Below are positions 36,984 to 49,733 of a DNA stretch of 64,000 nt, piece by piece. Origin of the DNA: Alphaproteobacteria bacterium (GTDB taxonomy: Bacteria; Pseudomonadota; Alphaproteobacteria; CACIAM-22H2). How positions within the stretch are numbered: position 1 is the first letter of the stretch; each line of letters starts with the position of its first letter. Under the pieces are notes generated by a model that was given only the letters and a program-made list of their open reading frames with translations, was not told the DNA's origin and made no database searches. Position numbers and translations under genes: made by a program. Location: NCBI GenBank assembly GCA_036394195.1, contig DASWFO010000199.1, forward strand, positions 6,934-70,933. Direction: 5' to 3'.

Positions 36984-37109
36984 AAGCTGCGTCTTTCATA
37001 CGCGTGAGGCAACGTGGCGCAAAGGGATTGCCGGCGCAAGCCGCGTATGCGGCGCGGCGCTTTGCCTGCGCTCGCCAGTTGCGGCATGATCTCTCCGGGA
37101 GGAGCTCTC

Positions 37110-37655
37110 ATGGCGACAACGGCGGACAGCCCCGCGACCGGCCGCGCCTGGCACGAGATCGTGCGCGACACCTTGAAACAGAACGAGGTGCGGCTGGTGA
37201 CCTACGTCCCGGACAACGTGCTGAAGCCTCTGATCAAGGGCGTGCACGACGACCCGTTCTTCACCGCCTTTTCCGCGACCCGTGAGGAGGAGGCTGTCGG
37301 CATCGTCGCCGGTGCCTGGATGGCCGGCCTGCGCGGCATCGTGCTGATGCAGACCAGCGGCTTCGGGACACTGCCCAACGTGCTTGCCTCGCTGGCGGTG
37401 CCGTTTCAAATCCCGGTGCTGATGATGGTCTCGGAGCGCGGCACGCTCGGCGAGTTTAACCTCGGCCAGGCCATGGTCTGCCGCACCATGCGGCCGGTGC
37501 TCGATGCGCTGGCGATCGAGACGCACACGATCACCCGGCTCGATGAGCTGGAGTTCATCGTCGACCGGTCGATCAAGCAGGCGGTCGCCACGCAGGCTCC
37601 GGCCGCGTTCATCCTCTCGCCGCTCCTGACCGGCGGCAAAGTCTTCAAGGCGTGA
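37110..37655 (+). CDS. TPP-dependent decarboxylase alpha subunit (sulfopyruvate/phosphonopyruvate decarboxylase ComD-like, TPP_enzyme_N)
   Basis: ATG at 37110 with a GGGAGGAG RBS. ...VTYVPDNVLKPLIKGVHDDPFFTAFSATREEEAVGIVAGAWMAGLRGIVLMQTSGFGT... is about 181 aa. Confidence 0.7.
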   Translation: MATTADSPATGRAWHEIVRDTLKQNEVRLVTYVPDNVLKPLIKGVHDDPFFTAFSATREEEAVGIVAGAWMAGLRGIVLMQTSGFGTLPNVLASLAVPFQIPVLMMVSERGTLGEFNLGQAMVCRTMRPVLDALAIETHTITRLDELEFIVDRSIKQAVATQAPAAFILSPLLTGGKVFKA

Positions 37656-37662
37656 GGCGGCC

Positions 37663-38277
37663 ATGATCGCGCAAGAGAAACCCGCCAACTGGCCCGCCAA
37701 CGCCAAGGTGATGAACCGCTTCGAGCTGACCAAGCGGCTGGTCGGCAAGCTCACCCGCGACGAAGCGGTGATCGGCGGCATCGGCAACACCAATTTCGAT
37801 CTGTGGGCGAGCGGCCGTCGGCCGCAGAACTTCTACATGCTGGGCAGCATGGGCTTGGCCTGCCCGATCGCGCTCGGCGTCGCCATCGCGCAGCCGAAGC
37901 GCCGCGCGATCGCGCTGGAAGGCGACGGGTCGCTGTTGATGCAGCTCGGCTGCCTCACCACGATTGCGATGCTCAAACCCAGGAACCTGGTGATCGTGGT
38001 CATGGACAACCGCATCTACCAGATCACCGGCGGGCAGAGCACCTCGACCGCGTTCGGCGCCGATTTCGTGGCGATGGCGCGCGGCGCGGGCATCGCGCAG
38101 AGCGCCTGGGCCGCCGACGAAAGCGATTTCGACCAGCTCGTCGAGCGGGCCCTCGCCCAGGACGGTCCGACGTTCATCGCCGCCCGCATCGACGACAAGC
38201 CGGCGGTGGCGACGACCGAGCGCGATCCGCCACAGATCCGCGACCGTTTCATGCGCGGGCTCGGCGTGAAGCAGTGA
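37663..38277 (+). CDS. TPP-dependent decarboxylase beta subunit (ComE-like, TPP_enzyme_C)
   Basis: It carries the TPP-binding motif ALEGDGSLLMQLGCLTTIAMLKPRNLVIVVMDNRIYQITGGQ and lies 8 bp after the alpha subunit. Confidence 0.7.
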   Translation: MIAQEKPANWPANAKVMNRFELTKRLVGKLTRDEAVIGGIGNTNFDLWASGRRPQNFYMLGSMGLACPIALGVAIAQPKRRAIALEGDGSLLMQLGCLTTIAMLKPRNLVIVVMDNRIYQITGGQSTSTAFGADFVAMARGAGIAQSAWAADESDFDQLVERALAQDGPTFIAARIDDKPAVATTERDPPQIRDRFMRGLGVKQ

Positions 38278-38299
38278 CTGCCGCCGGCGGGGGAGAGCC

Positions 38300-38782
38300 A
38301 TGCCGAACCGCGTGATGATCCTGAACGGTCCCAATCTCAATCTGCTCGGCGTGCGCGAGCCGAAGGTCTACGGCTCGACCACGCTGAAGGCGATCGAAGA
38401 CAGCTGCCGTGCGTTCGCCAAGCTGGCCGGCCTGTCGCTGGCGTTCCATCAAACCAACCACGAAGGCCAGCTCATCGATTGGGTGCAGTCGGCGCGGCAG
38501 ACCGCCGATGCGATCATCATCAACCCCGCCGGCCTGACCTTCACCTCGGTCAGCCTGATGGATGCGTTGAAGATGTTCGAGGGCCCGATCATCGAGCTGC
38601 ATATCTCGAACATCCATGCGCGCGAAGCGACGTACCACAACTCGAAGATCTCGCCGGTGGCGAAGGCGGTGATCTGCGGTCTCGGCGCCTACGGCTATGT
38701 CGTGGCGCTGCAATGTGTGGCCCGCCTGTTCGACGCCTTGCCCGCGAGCCTGGCCGAGCCGCTTCGCGTCGGCCCGGTGTAA
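38300..38782 (+). CDS. aroQ: Type II 3-dehydroquinate dehydratase
   Basis: MPNRVMILNGPNLNLLGVREPKVYGSTTL...HQTNHEGQLIDWVQ...IIINPAGLTFTSVSLMDAL...ELHISNIHAREATYH is the canonical AroQ. Confidence 0.85.
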   Translation: MPNRVMILNGPNLNLLGVREPKVYGSTTLKAIEDSCRAFAKLAGLSLAFHQTNHEGQLIDWVQSARQTADAIIINPAGLTFTSVSLMDALKMFEGPIIELHISNIHAREATYHNSKISPVAKAVICGLGAYGYVVALQCVARLFDALPASLAEPLRVGPV

Positions 38783-38814
38783 GAGGACCAGCGAGCGGGG
38801 GCCGGTACCCCCGA

Positions 38815-38935
38815 AACGGGTGCAATACTGCAATTCTTTTTCTAAGCCGCTGAAATGACGCGCGAATAACGCCAAAAAAGAATTGCAGCGGTTCGATTTC
38901 GCGAAAACGGCTGCAATTCTTTTCGAGCGCATCGC
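38815..38935. repeat. Intergenic palindromic repeat element, copy B (inverted relative to copy A)
   Basis: GGGTGCAATACTGCAATTCTTTTTC-(32 nt)-AAAAAAGAATTGCAGCGG-(26 nt)-GGCTGCAATTCTTTTCG. GCAATACTGCAA is the reverse complement of TTGCAGTATTGC in copy A. Confidence 0.7.
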
Positions 38936-39008
38936 GCTGGTCTCCGGACTGTTTCGTGATTTGCACGCCCAAAACGACCCAAGGGCGCAACGGTTCCGGG
39001 AAGCGAAC

Positions 39009-40595
39009 TTATCCAGATTTCTGGCGGCGCGCGGTCGGGCCGATGGTCAGGGCGGCGCAGACGGCGCTGAGCAGCGCCAGGCCGGCCGCGATCAGCATCA
39101 CGACCCGGAAGCTCGCGACGAAGGCTTCGCTCAGCGTTCGCTCCAGAAGCTGCCGCTGCGCGCCGCCGATGCCGGGCGGGACAGCCGCCTCGGCGAGCTT
39201 GGGCACTTCGGCCAATAGCGCGCGCCGCAGCTCGGGGTCGACCTGCAGGTCCGCAAGGCGCTGCTCGAGGGCCGAACCGAACACGCTCACCGCGACGGCG
39301 CCCAGCAGCGCCACCGCCAGCAGGGCCGCGACCCGCGCGGTCGCATTGTTGATCCCGGATGCCACTCCGGCGTGGCGGCTGTCGACCGCGGCCATGACGG
39401 TCGTGGTGAGCGGTGCCACGCTGACCGCCATGCCGAAGCCGAGCACCGCCATGGGTGGGAAGACCGTCACCCAATAGGAGCCCCCGATCCCGGCCAGCGC
39501 GAACAGCGCAAATCCGAGCGCCGCGATGACCGGGCCGACGATCAGCGGCGGCCGCGCGCCATAGCGGGCGATGAGGCCGCCCGACCAGCGCGACAGCCCG
39601 CCCATGATCAGCGTGAACGGAAGGAACGCGGCACCCGCGAGGGCGGCCGAATAACCCTGGATCTTGATCAGGTTGAAGGGCACGAAAAACATGGCGCCGC
39701 TCAGCGCGAAGTAGAGGGGCAGGGTGATCGCGTTGGCGCCGCTGAACGCCGGCGAGCGGAACAGGCGAAGCTGCATCATCGGCGATCGGGTGTGCGCTTC
39801 CCACGACACAAACAGGCCGAGGATCGCGACCCCGGCGAAGAGAGCGAGCAGCACCATGGTGTCGCGCCAGCCGACGTCGGACGCCTCGGTCAGGCCGTAA
39901 GCGAGGGCGCCGAGCCCGGCCGTGGCCAAGGCGCCGCCGGGCCAATCGATCGCTCCGTCTTCCTCGTCGCGGCTCTCCGGCACCCGCCAATAGGCCAGCG
40001 CCAGCGTCACTGCGGCGATCGGCAGATTGAGGAAGAAGATCGCCCGCCACGACCAGGCATCGACCAGCCAGCCGCCGACCACCGGTCCCAGCGCCGTCGT
40101 GAGTGCCGAAAATCCCGCCCACGTTCCGATCGCACGGCCGCGCTCGGCCTCCGGGAAGGCGGCGCTGATGATCGCAAGGCTGCAGGGCACCATGAGCGCA
40201 CCACCGATGCCCTGGGCAGCGCGCGCCGCGATCAGCGCGGCGGAGCTCGGTGCGAGCCCGCACGCCGCGGACGCGGCGGCGAACAGCATCACGCCCAGCC
40301 CGAAGACGCGCCTCCGGCCGAACCGGTCGCCCGCGGCACCGCCGATCAGGATCAAGGCGCTCAGCATCAGCATGTAGCCGTTGGCGATCCATTGCACCCC
40401 GCGAAGCGAGACAGCGAGATCGGTCTGGATCGCGGGCAAGGCCACGTTGACCACCGAGCCGTCGATGAAGGCGAGGCTGGAGCCGAGGATCGTTGCCGCC
40501 AGCACCCACGGCTTGGCGCGCTCGGCGCACCCGGCCGCCGCCGGTGCGGAGCGGATCACACCGGCGTCGCACGGCGTCTGCGTGAGGCCGACCAT
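39009..40595 (-). CDS. MFS transporter, DHA2 (14-TMS drug:H+ antiporter) family
   Basis: 528 aa with 14 predicted TM helices. The MFS motif is GGAAGDRFGRRRVFGLG. The overlapping 615-aa ORF in another frame (38842-40689) is not supported. Confidence 0.8.
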   Translation of the reverse strand: MVGLTQTPCDAGVIRSAPAAAGCAERAKPWVLAATILGSSLAFIDGSVVNVALPAIQTDLAVSLRGVQWIANGYMLMLSALILIGGAAGDRFGRRRVFGLGVMLFAAASAACGLAPSSAALIAARAAQGIGGALMVPCSLAIISAAFPEAERGRAIGTWAGFSALTTALGPVVGGWLVDAWSWRAIFFLNLPIAAVTLALAYWRVPESRDEEDGAIDWPGGALATAGLGALAYGLTEASDVGWRDTMVLLALFAGVAILGLFVSWEAHTRSPMMQLRLFRSPAFSGANAITLPLYFALSGAMFFVPFNLIKIQGYSAALAGAAFLPFTLIMGGLSRWSGGLIARYGARPPLIVGPVIAALGFALFALAGIGGSYWVTVFPPMAVLGFGMAVSVAPLTTTVMAAVDSRHAGVASGINNATARVAALLAVALLGAVAVSVFGSALEQRLADLQVDPELRRALLAEVPKLAEAAVPPGIGGAQRQLLERTLSEAFVASFRVVMLIAAGLALLSAVCAALTIGPTARRQKSG

Positions 40596-40703
40596 GGGCG
40601 ACCTTACCGCTGCGCGAGGAGCATGGACAGCAAGCGCGGATATCGACAGGGCGGGGCGGCGGTGCTACGCAGGCTGCACCCAATCCCATCCGAGGCTGCT
40701 CCG

Positions 40704-41360
40704 ATGAACGATGCTCCGTCTCCCGCCGTGCTCGACGCGCGCAACCGCATTGCCGCCTTGCGGACGAAGGTCGCGCGGCTCGGCGACAGCGGGTTCGATC
40801 TGCTGTTCCGCGTCGCGCGGACCCACAACGCCTGGCAGAACAAGCCGGTGCCGGACGCGTTGTTGCGCGAGATCGTCGACATCATGCAGCTTGGGCCGAC
40901 CAGCCAGAACTGCCAGCCGGTGCGGATCCTGTTTGTGCGCTCGCCGGAGCAGAGGGCGAAGCTCGCCGAGGCGGCGAGCCCGGCCAACGCAGCCAAGATC
41001 AAGGTCGCGCCGGTGGCCGCGATCGTCGGCTACGACACCAAATTCTACGAGCACCTGAAGCGCACATTCCCGCACCGGCCGGAGGCCGCGGACAACTACC
41101 GCAACAACGCGGCGCTTGCCGAAGCGACGGCGTTCCGCAACGGCTCGCTGCAGGGCGCGTACTTCATCATCGCCGCGCGCGCGATCGGCCTCGACACCGG
41201 GCCGATGTCGGGCTTCAACAACGCCAAGGTGGACGAGCAGTTCTTCGCCGGCACGTCGGTGAAGTCGAACTTCCTGTGCAACCTCGGCTATGGCGACGAG
41301 ACCGGCGTCATGCAGAAGCTGCCGCGCCTCGGCTTCGAGGAGATCGTCAAGTTCATCTAG
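40704..41360 (+). CDS. Nitroreductase-family protein (malonic semialdehyde reductase RutE-like)
   Basis: ATG at 40704. ...FDLLFRVARTHNAWQNKPVPDALLREIVDIMQLGPTSQNCQPVRILFV...AAIVGYD... is 218 aa. Confidence 0.7.
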   Translation: MNDAPSPAVLDARNRIAALRTKVARLGDSGFDLLFRVARTHNAWQNKPVPDALLREIVDIMQLGPTSQNCQPVRILFVRSPEQRAKLAEAASPANAAKIKVAPVAAIVGYDTKFYEHLKRTFPHRPEAADNYRNNAALAEATAFRNGSLQGAYFIIAARAIGLDTGPMSGFNNAKVDEQFFAGTSVKSNFLCNLGYGDETGVMQKLPRLGFEEIVKFI

Positions 41361-41469
41361 GCCTGGCTACGGTCTCGCGATCCGCGCGAGATAGCTTGCC
41401 GATGTGAGAAATTGGAATGCCCTGAAATGGATCGAGGGCCAGCAGATCGCGGTCACCCGTGACGATGGC

Positions 41470-41721
41470 CTAGCCTTCATCGGCCAGGATCGCCGTCAAC
41501 TTCTCTTCGGTAAGGCCGCGCCGCGCCGCCTGTTCGGCAATCCGGTCGCAGAACCGTTGGAAGTCTTCGACATTGGCGGCGCGCAGGCGTTCGTAGTCGT
41601 GCGTCGAGAGCAGCACGGCAACGTCGCGCTTTTGTCGGCGGATGACGACCGGCTCGCGTTGGGCCGCGTCGAGAAGCGCCGCCAGCCGTTGCTTGGCATC
41701 GGTGGCTGAGACGTAACGCAT
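41470..41721 (-). CDS. Orphan Phd/YefM-type antitoxin (no adjacent toxin)
   Basis: ATG at 41721 preceded by GAGGGG. MRYVSATDAKQRLAALLDAAQREPVVIRRQKRDVAVLLSTHDYERLRAANVEDFQRF... is 83 aa. Confidence 0.55.
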   Translation of the reverse strand: MRYVSATDAKQRLAALLDAAQREPVVIRRQKRDVAVLLSTHDYERLRAANVEDFQRFCDRIAEQAARRGLTEEKLTAILADEG

Positions 41722-41803
41722 GGAACCCCTCGTTTTGTCCATTTTAGATAAAAAAGACATAGCGGAGCAAACCCAAGGCACACTTAACAAAGAGTACCGC
41801 CCG

Positions 41804-42232
41804 CTACGACGGGTCGCGACGAGGCCGCTTGGCGAAGGGATCAAGTAATTCGACGCCGGTGGGCGCGAAGTCGGACAGATTACGGGTCACCACCGTAAAA
41901 CCGTGCTCGAGCGCGGTGGCGGCAATGGCGATATCGAGCCCCTTGTTGCCGATCCGCGCCGCAAGTCGTCCCCATCGGCGGACAATGGGCACGTCGATCG
42001 GGAGGATGCGCTCGCCATAGACCCGCAACGTCATGTCGAGCCAAGCGGCGAGCTGATCTGCGAATGATGGATCAATCGTTCGCTGACGTTCAATTCCCAA
42101 TTCGATCTCGCCGATCGTCACCACGCTGAGAAACAAGTCGGCCGGGTTCGCGGCGCCGATCCAGGACACGACATGAGGGTCGCGGTGCTTTTTCCGCAAT
42201 TCGGAAAGGACGACGGTGTCGAGGAGATACAT
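41804..42232 (-). CDS. vapC: PIN-domain toxin VapC
   Basis: MYLLDTVVLSELRK... has the conserved acidic residues of the PIN fold and is 142 aa. The start overlaps the upstream antitoxin stop. Confidence 0.8.
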   Translation of the reverse strand: MYLLDTVVLSELRKKHRDPHVVSWIGAANPADLFLSVVTIGEIELGIERQRTIDPSFADQLAAWLDMTLRVYGERILPIDVPIVRRWGRLAARIGNKGLDIAIAATALEHGFTVVTRNLSDFAPTGVELLDPFAKRPRRDPS

Positions 42233-42495
42233 CAGTCGTCTGTGTCGCGATCGCGGAGATCTCCCTTCAAGCGCTCGAAGGAGCCATCATCGGCGGGCAT
42301 CGCGAGCAGATGATCCGAGAACCGCGGGGCCTTTAGGCGCTCGAGGCGCTGGAGGCGCGCGTATTCATCCGCCGCCACGACCACCACGGCTGGCTTGCCA
42401 TGCTTGGTGACGGTCTGGGGCGTATGGCGCGCCGCCTCGACCACGGCGCTGAAGCGGTTCTTTGCGTCTTGAAGGGACCAACGCGAGGGAGGCAT
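42232..42495 (-). CDS. vapB: Type II antitoxin (Phd/YefM-like) partner of VapC
   Basis: MPPSRWSLQDAKNRFSAVVEAARHTPQTVTKHGKPAVVVVAADEYARLQ..., 87 aa, translationally coupled to vapC. Confidence 0.75.
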   Translation of the reverse strand: MPPSRWSLQDAKNRFSAVVEAARHTPQTVTKHGKPAVVVVAADEYARLQRLERLKAPRFSDHLLAMPADDGSFERLKGDLRDRDTDD

Positions 42496-42855
42496 GGGAG
42501 CCTATTCTAGCTAGAACTTCTGTCCAGAATATGAGGCGGTTGGCCGATGGGTCAAGAGAGGACGGTTTTCATCGCTTTTTCGGACGGTATTTTGACCTTG
42601 CCAAGTGAGAACAAAACAGGTACTGTCATTTTCAACAGCTCCGGCCGGATTTGGCGAGCAGCTGAGGATGGCCGGAGCGGAAATATATAACGGAACAAAA
42701 CGGGCACGGAACTAACGCCGTGGCCCGTGAGCCGAGACCGAACCGGGGCGGTCTTGGCGTTCCAGGATGCGGCCCGGCGGATCGGCCCAGCTTCTTTGCG
42801 ACTGTCGGCTTTGCGACTCGCGGGGGGCTATGAAATAAGGAAGGGAGTATCGAAC

Positions 42856-43938
<1,083 letters not shown>

Positions 43939-44000
43939 CCAGCTCCCAACCCTGTCGCCGCGTTTCTTGGTTTCGGCGGCAACGGGGCAGGGAAACAGAC

Positions 44001-44051
44001 GGGCGGCTCGCTGTCGCGCTCAGGCGACGGAGAGCCGCCCGCTCTGTTTTT
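44001..44051 (+). terminator. Rho-independent terminator of recA
   Basis: GGGCGGCTC-(22 nt)-GAGCCGCCC followed by GCTCTGTTTTTAG. Confidence 0.7.
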
Positions 44052-44055
44052 AGTT

Positions 44056-46020
44056 TCAAGCTGTGGTGACGCTGAACGGCTGCGGCGGGCGGTCGGCGAC
44101 GTAGGCCTCCCACATGGTGCGGTAGGCGGCTTCCAGATGGCGCACGAAGCGGGCCGTGTCGAACAACGGTGATGTGGCCTTCGCCTTGGCCAGCCGGTTG
44201 CGGACCGCCGCAAGCGCGGCCGGATCGCTGGCCAGGCGCAGCGCGATCGCTTCGTACTCTTCCGGCGTGCGGGCGATCAGGTCATTCAAGCCCACTGACC
44301 GCACAAGGCTGGCGCCGACGCGCGCGGCAAAGCGGTCGCCGTGCAGGGTCACCGCCGGGACGCCCAGCCCGAGGACGTCGGCCACGGTCGAATGGCCGTT
44401 ATAGAACAGCGTGTCGAGATAGAGATCGGCGGCGCGCTGGCGGGCCAGGTGCTCGCCGCGCGGCAGGCGCGGCGCGAACACCAGGCGCTCGGCGGCGATG
44501 CCGTGCGTGGCCGCTTCGCGGCGCAGGGTGTCGTGCGCCGCCGGATGGTCGACGCGCAGCCACAGCGCGCTGCCAGGAGTCTTGGCCAACAGGCGCATCC
44601 AGATCGCGAACGCCCGCGGTTCGATCTTGTGGCTCAAGGTGAAGGCCTCGAACACAAGGCCCGTCGTGGGCAAGCCCAGCGCCTGGCGCGACGGCGCCGG
44701 CCCATCCGGTGCGGCCGCGGTGGCGAAATAGGGGCCCGGCAGGTGCACCAGGGCTTCGGTGAAACAGGGCTGCTCGGCCGCCGGTGCGATCGCCGGATCG
44801 ACCAGCATGTAGTCGATGAAGTCGACGCCTAAGGTGCCGGGGAAGCCGAGCCAGGTCACCTGGAGGGGGGCCGGCCGGCGGGCGAGGATCTCGAGCCCGT
44901 TGCCCTTGGTGTGGCCGGCGAGGTCGATCAGGATGTCGACGCCGTCCTCGTGGATGCGCTGGGCGGCCTCGCGCACGGTGTGCTCCGCAAGGTCGACCAT
45001 CCGGTCGACCGTCTTGCTTAGCTGCCGGCGCTCCGGGCCGCGGTCGTCGCGCGCCAGCGCATAGGCGATCGTTTCGAACCGGGCGCGGTCGTGATGCCCA
45101 AACAGGCTCGCCACGATGTGTCCCACCGGATGGTCGCCGAAGTCGCTCGACAGGTATCCGATGCGCAGCCGGCGGCCGGCATCACCCGCATCGGGGCGCC
45201 GAAACTGGAACGCCGGCTGGGCCACCAGCCCGTGGGCGCGAGCGTAGTCGACGGCGATCTTCCGGAACTCCGCTGCCGACAGCGCGATCGGCAGGCGCAG
45301 GACTTCGAGCGGCACCGGCGGCCGCTGGGTCTCGGAGCCCGGCCGCAGCGCCGGCTCGATGATGTCCGGGCGCACCCGGCCGAGGCCGTCCCAGCGGCAC
45401 AGCGACTGGCGCAGATTGGCCGCGCGCGAGCGGGCGTCCAGCTCCGCCGGGTCGCGGCGCGCCGCTTCGTCATAGCTGGCGATCGCGGCGTCGAACTTGT
45501 CCTGCAGGCTCAGCACCAGGGCGAGGTCGTAATGCGCCGGTACGAAATCGGGCTCCTGCTGGAGCACCTCGCGGTAGACCGCCTCGGCCGCGGCGTAGTT
45601 CTTCAGCCGGAACAGCGTCTGGCCGATCCGGTACTGCAGCATGTGGTCGCCAGGGGCGAGATCGAGGGCCGCGGCAAAACAGTCATGGGCAGATTCGAAA
45701 TGGCCGAGCTCGAACTGCATCTGGGCGAGATTGGCCAGCACGTCGGCCGAGTCCGGCCGCAGCTCGAGCGAACGGCCCAGCGCCTCGATGGCGTCTTCGA
45801 CCTCGCCCTGGCGAAACCGCACCAGGCCGCTCATATGGAGGGCCTCGGGATCCTCCGGACTGGCGGCGAGCAGGCGGTCGCAGATCGCCCGCGCGTCGCC
45901 GTACCGGTGTTCGGCCAGATGGTTGGCGATGGCGGCGAGGTCGGCAGCGAGCATGTTAGGCGTCAAATCCTCAGGTAACGGCGGCTGGACACGCGGCCGG
46001 TCCGGCGCTAAATCAATCAT
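44056..46020 (-). CDS. TPR-repeat protein with C-terminal O-GlcNAc-transferase-like (GT41) glycosyltransferase domain
   Basis: 654 aa. The N-terminal TPR repeats are followed by ...[48 protein letters not shown]...[17 protein letters not shown].... Confidence 0.75.
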   Translation of the reverse strand: MIDLAPDRPRVQPPLPEDLTPNMLAADLAAIANHLAEHRYGDARAICDRLLAASPEDPEALHMSGLVRFRQGEVEDAIEALGRSLELRPDSADVLANLAQMQFELGHFESAHDCFAAALDLAPGDHMLQYRIGQTLFRLKNYAAAEAVYREVLQQEPDFVPAHYDLALVLSLQDKFDAAIASYDEAARRDPAELDARSRAANLRQSLCRWDGLGRVRPDIIEPALRPGSETQRPPVPLEVLRLPIALSAAEFRKIAVDYARAHGLVAQPAFQFRRPDAGDAGRRLRIGYLSSDFGDHPVGHIVASLFGHHDRARFETIAYALARDDRGPERRQLSKTVDRMVDLAEHTVREAAQRIHEDGVDILIDLAGHTKGNGLEILARRPAPLQVTWLGFPGTLGVDFIDYMLVDPAIAPAAEQPCFTEALVHLPGPYFATAAAPDGPAPSRQALGLPTTGLVFEAFTLSHKIEPRAFAIWMRLLAKTPGSALWLRVDHPAAHDTLRREAATHGIAAERLVFAPRLPRGEHLARQRAADLYLDTLFYNGHSTVADVLGLGVPAVTLHGDRFAARVGASLVRSVGLNDLIARTPEEYEAIALRLASDPAALAAVRNRLAKAKATSPLFDTARFVRHLEAAYRTMWEAYVADRPPQPFSVTTA

Positions 46021-46056
46021 CCGCGCGATTTTTTCAAGCCCTCAAATAGTTTAACC

Positions 46057-48717
<2,661 letters not shown>

Positions 48718-48723
48718 GTCCCG

Positions 48724-48969
48724 TCAATCGTCGCCGCCGGCCGCGGCGGCGATCGGATCGGGTCCGGGCTCGGCCCACCAGCGTGGCAGCTGCGGGAAGA
48801 GGATGGCCTCGGCGTGACGTTCGAGCCGGCGGGCGAGCCGCAGGCTTTCCGCGGTGCGGCGGGCCGTCATGCGCAATTCCGCGGCGGCTTCGTGCAGTTT
48901 GTGGGCCCAGGCGATCGCGTCGGGCTGCGGGGATCGGGCGGTCATGGGGCGAGTAAAGCCGCGGGCCAT
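48724..48969 (-). CDS. Small hypothetical protein (81 aa), weak call
   Basis: An open frame 38 bp downstream of the VOC gene on the same strand with a weak RBS. No homology could be assessed. Confidence 0.2.
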   Translation of the reverse strand: MARGFTRPMTARSPQPDAIAWAHKLHEAAAELRMTARRTAESLRLARRLERHAEAILFPQLPRWWAEPGPDPIAAAAGGDD

Positions 48970-49007
48970 GACCTGCCGGTGAATCAATTGTGACGGTTTT
49001 TCGTCGG

Positions 49008-49661
49008 CTACTTTCGTACCGCCAGCTTGGCGTTCTGAGTGGCCAGCGAGTGTTCGAGCTCGCGCTTGGCCTCTTCCGGCGTGCGCTGGCGGAGCAGGGT
49101 CTTGTCCTGCAGCGTGGTGTCCTGGCCGCGCACCGGATCGGCGACCGCGTCCTCGAGGGTGTGCGCCCATTTCCATTCCTCGGGCGGCCGGATAGAGCCG
49201 TCGCTGCCGACCTGATCGAGGCCCCAGAAGATCTCCAGGCGGTGGCCGTCGGGGTCGCGGAATTCGACCGCGATCTGCACCCCGGCCCGGCGCCGGCCCT
49301 CGAAGTCGATCGGTATGTTGTGTTTCTTGAGATGGTCGCGGGCGCGGAACACCTCATCCAGCGTGCCCACCTCGAACGCCATGTGGTTGAGTTCGATGTT
49401 CGGCGAGGTGCCTGGCATCGAGCCGACCAGGGCGACGCCGTGATGGTCGGCGTTGCAGCGCATGAACACCATGCCGCCGGGGGCAATGTCCGGCGTGTAC
49501 ACGTCGGAGACCTTGAAGCCGAGGATCTCGGTATAGAAGCGCACCGACCGTTCGAGATCGCTGGAGTTCAGCACCACATGCCCGATTTTGGTGATGTTGA
49601 ACGGCGTTCCCTTGGGCCGGATGTGGGCCTTGATGCGCGCAGGATCGATCGTTTTGCTCAC
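49008..49661 (-). CDS. VOC-family (glyoxalase/bleomycin-resistance/extradiol dioxygenase fold) protein
   Basis: Two beta-alpha-beta-beta-beta modules (HVVLNSSDLERSVRFYTEILGF...; HMAFEVGTLDEVFRARDHL...), 217 aa. Confidence 0.7.
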   Translation of the reverse strand: MSKTIDPARIKAHIRPKGTPFNITKIGHVVLNSSDLERSVRFYTEILGFKVSDVYTPDIAPGGMVFMRCNADHHGVALVGSMPGTSPNIELNHMAFEVGTLDEVFRARDHLKKHNIPIDFEGRRRAGVQIAVEFRDPDGHRLEIFWGLDQVGSDGSIRPPEEWKWAHTLEDAVADPVRGQDTTLQDKTLLRQRTPEEAKRELEHSLATQNAKLAVRK

Positions 49662-49733
49662 GTCTGCTCTCCGGGCTCGTCAGAGGAGGCTGAAATCAGG
49701 CCGCTCCGCCGTCTGGAAGTCAAGCCGGAGCAG

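Noticed and set aside
38842-40689. 615-aa minus-strand ORF overlapping the MFS transporter in a different frame
   Set aside because: Its translation is Arg/Gly/Asp-rich with no TM helices, whereas the 39009-40595 frame gives a canonical 14-TM DHA2 protein.
39372-40703. N-terminal 440-aa extension of the nitroreductase ORF (39372-41360)
   Set aside because: The extension is antisense to the MFS gene and compositionally aberrant. The nitroreductase start at 40704 is an in-frame ATG of this ORF, giving the expected 218 aa.
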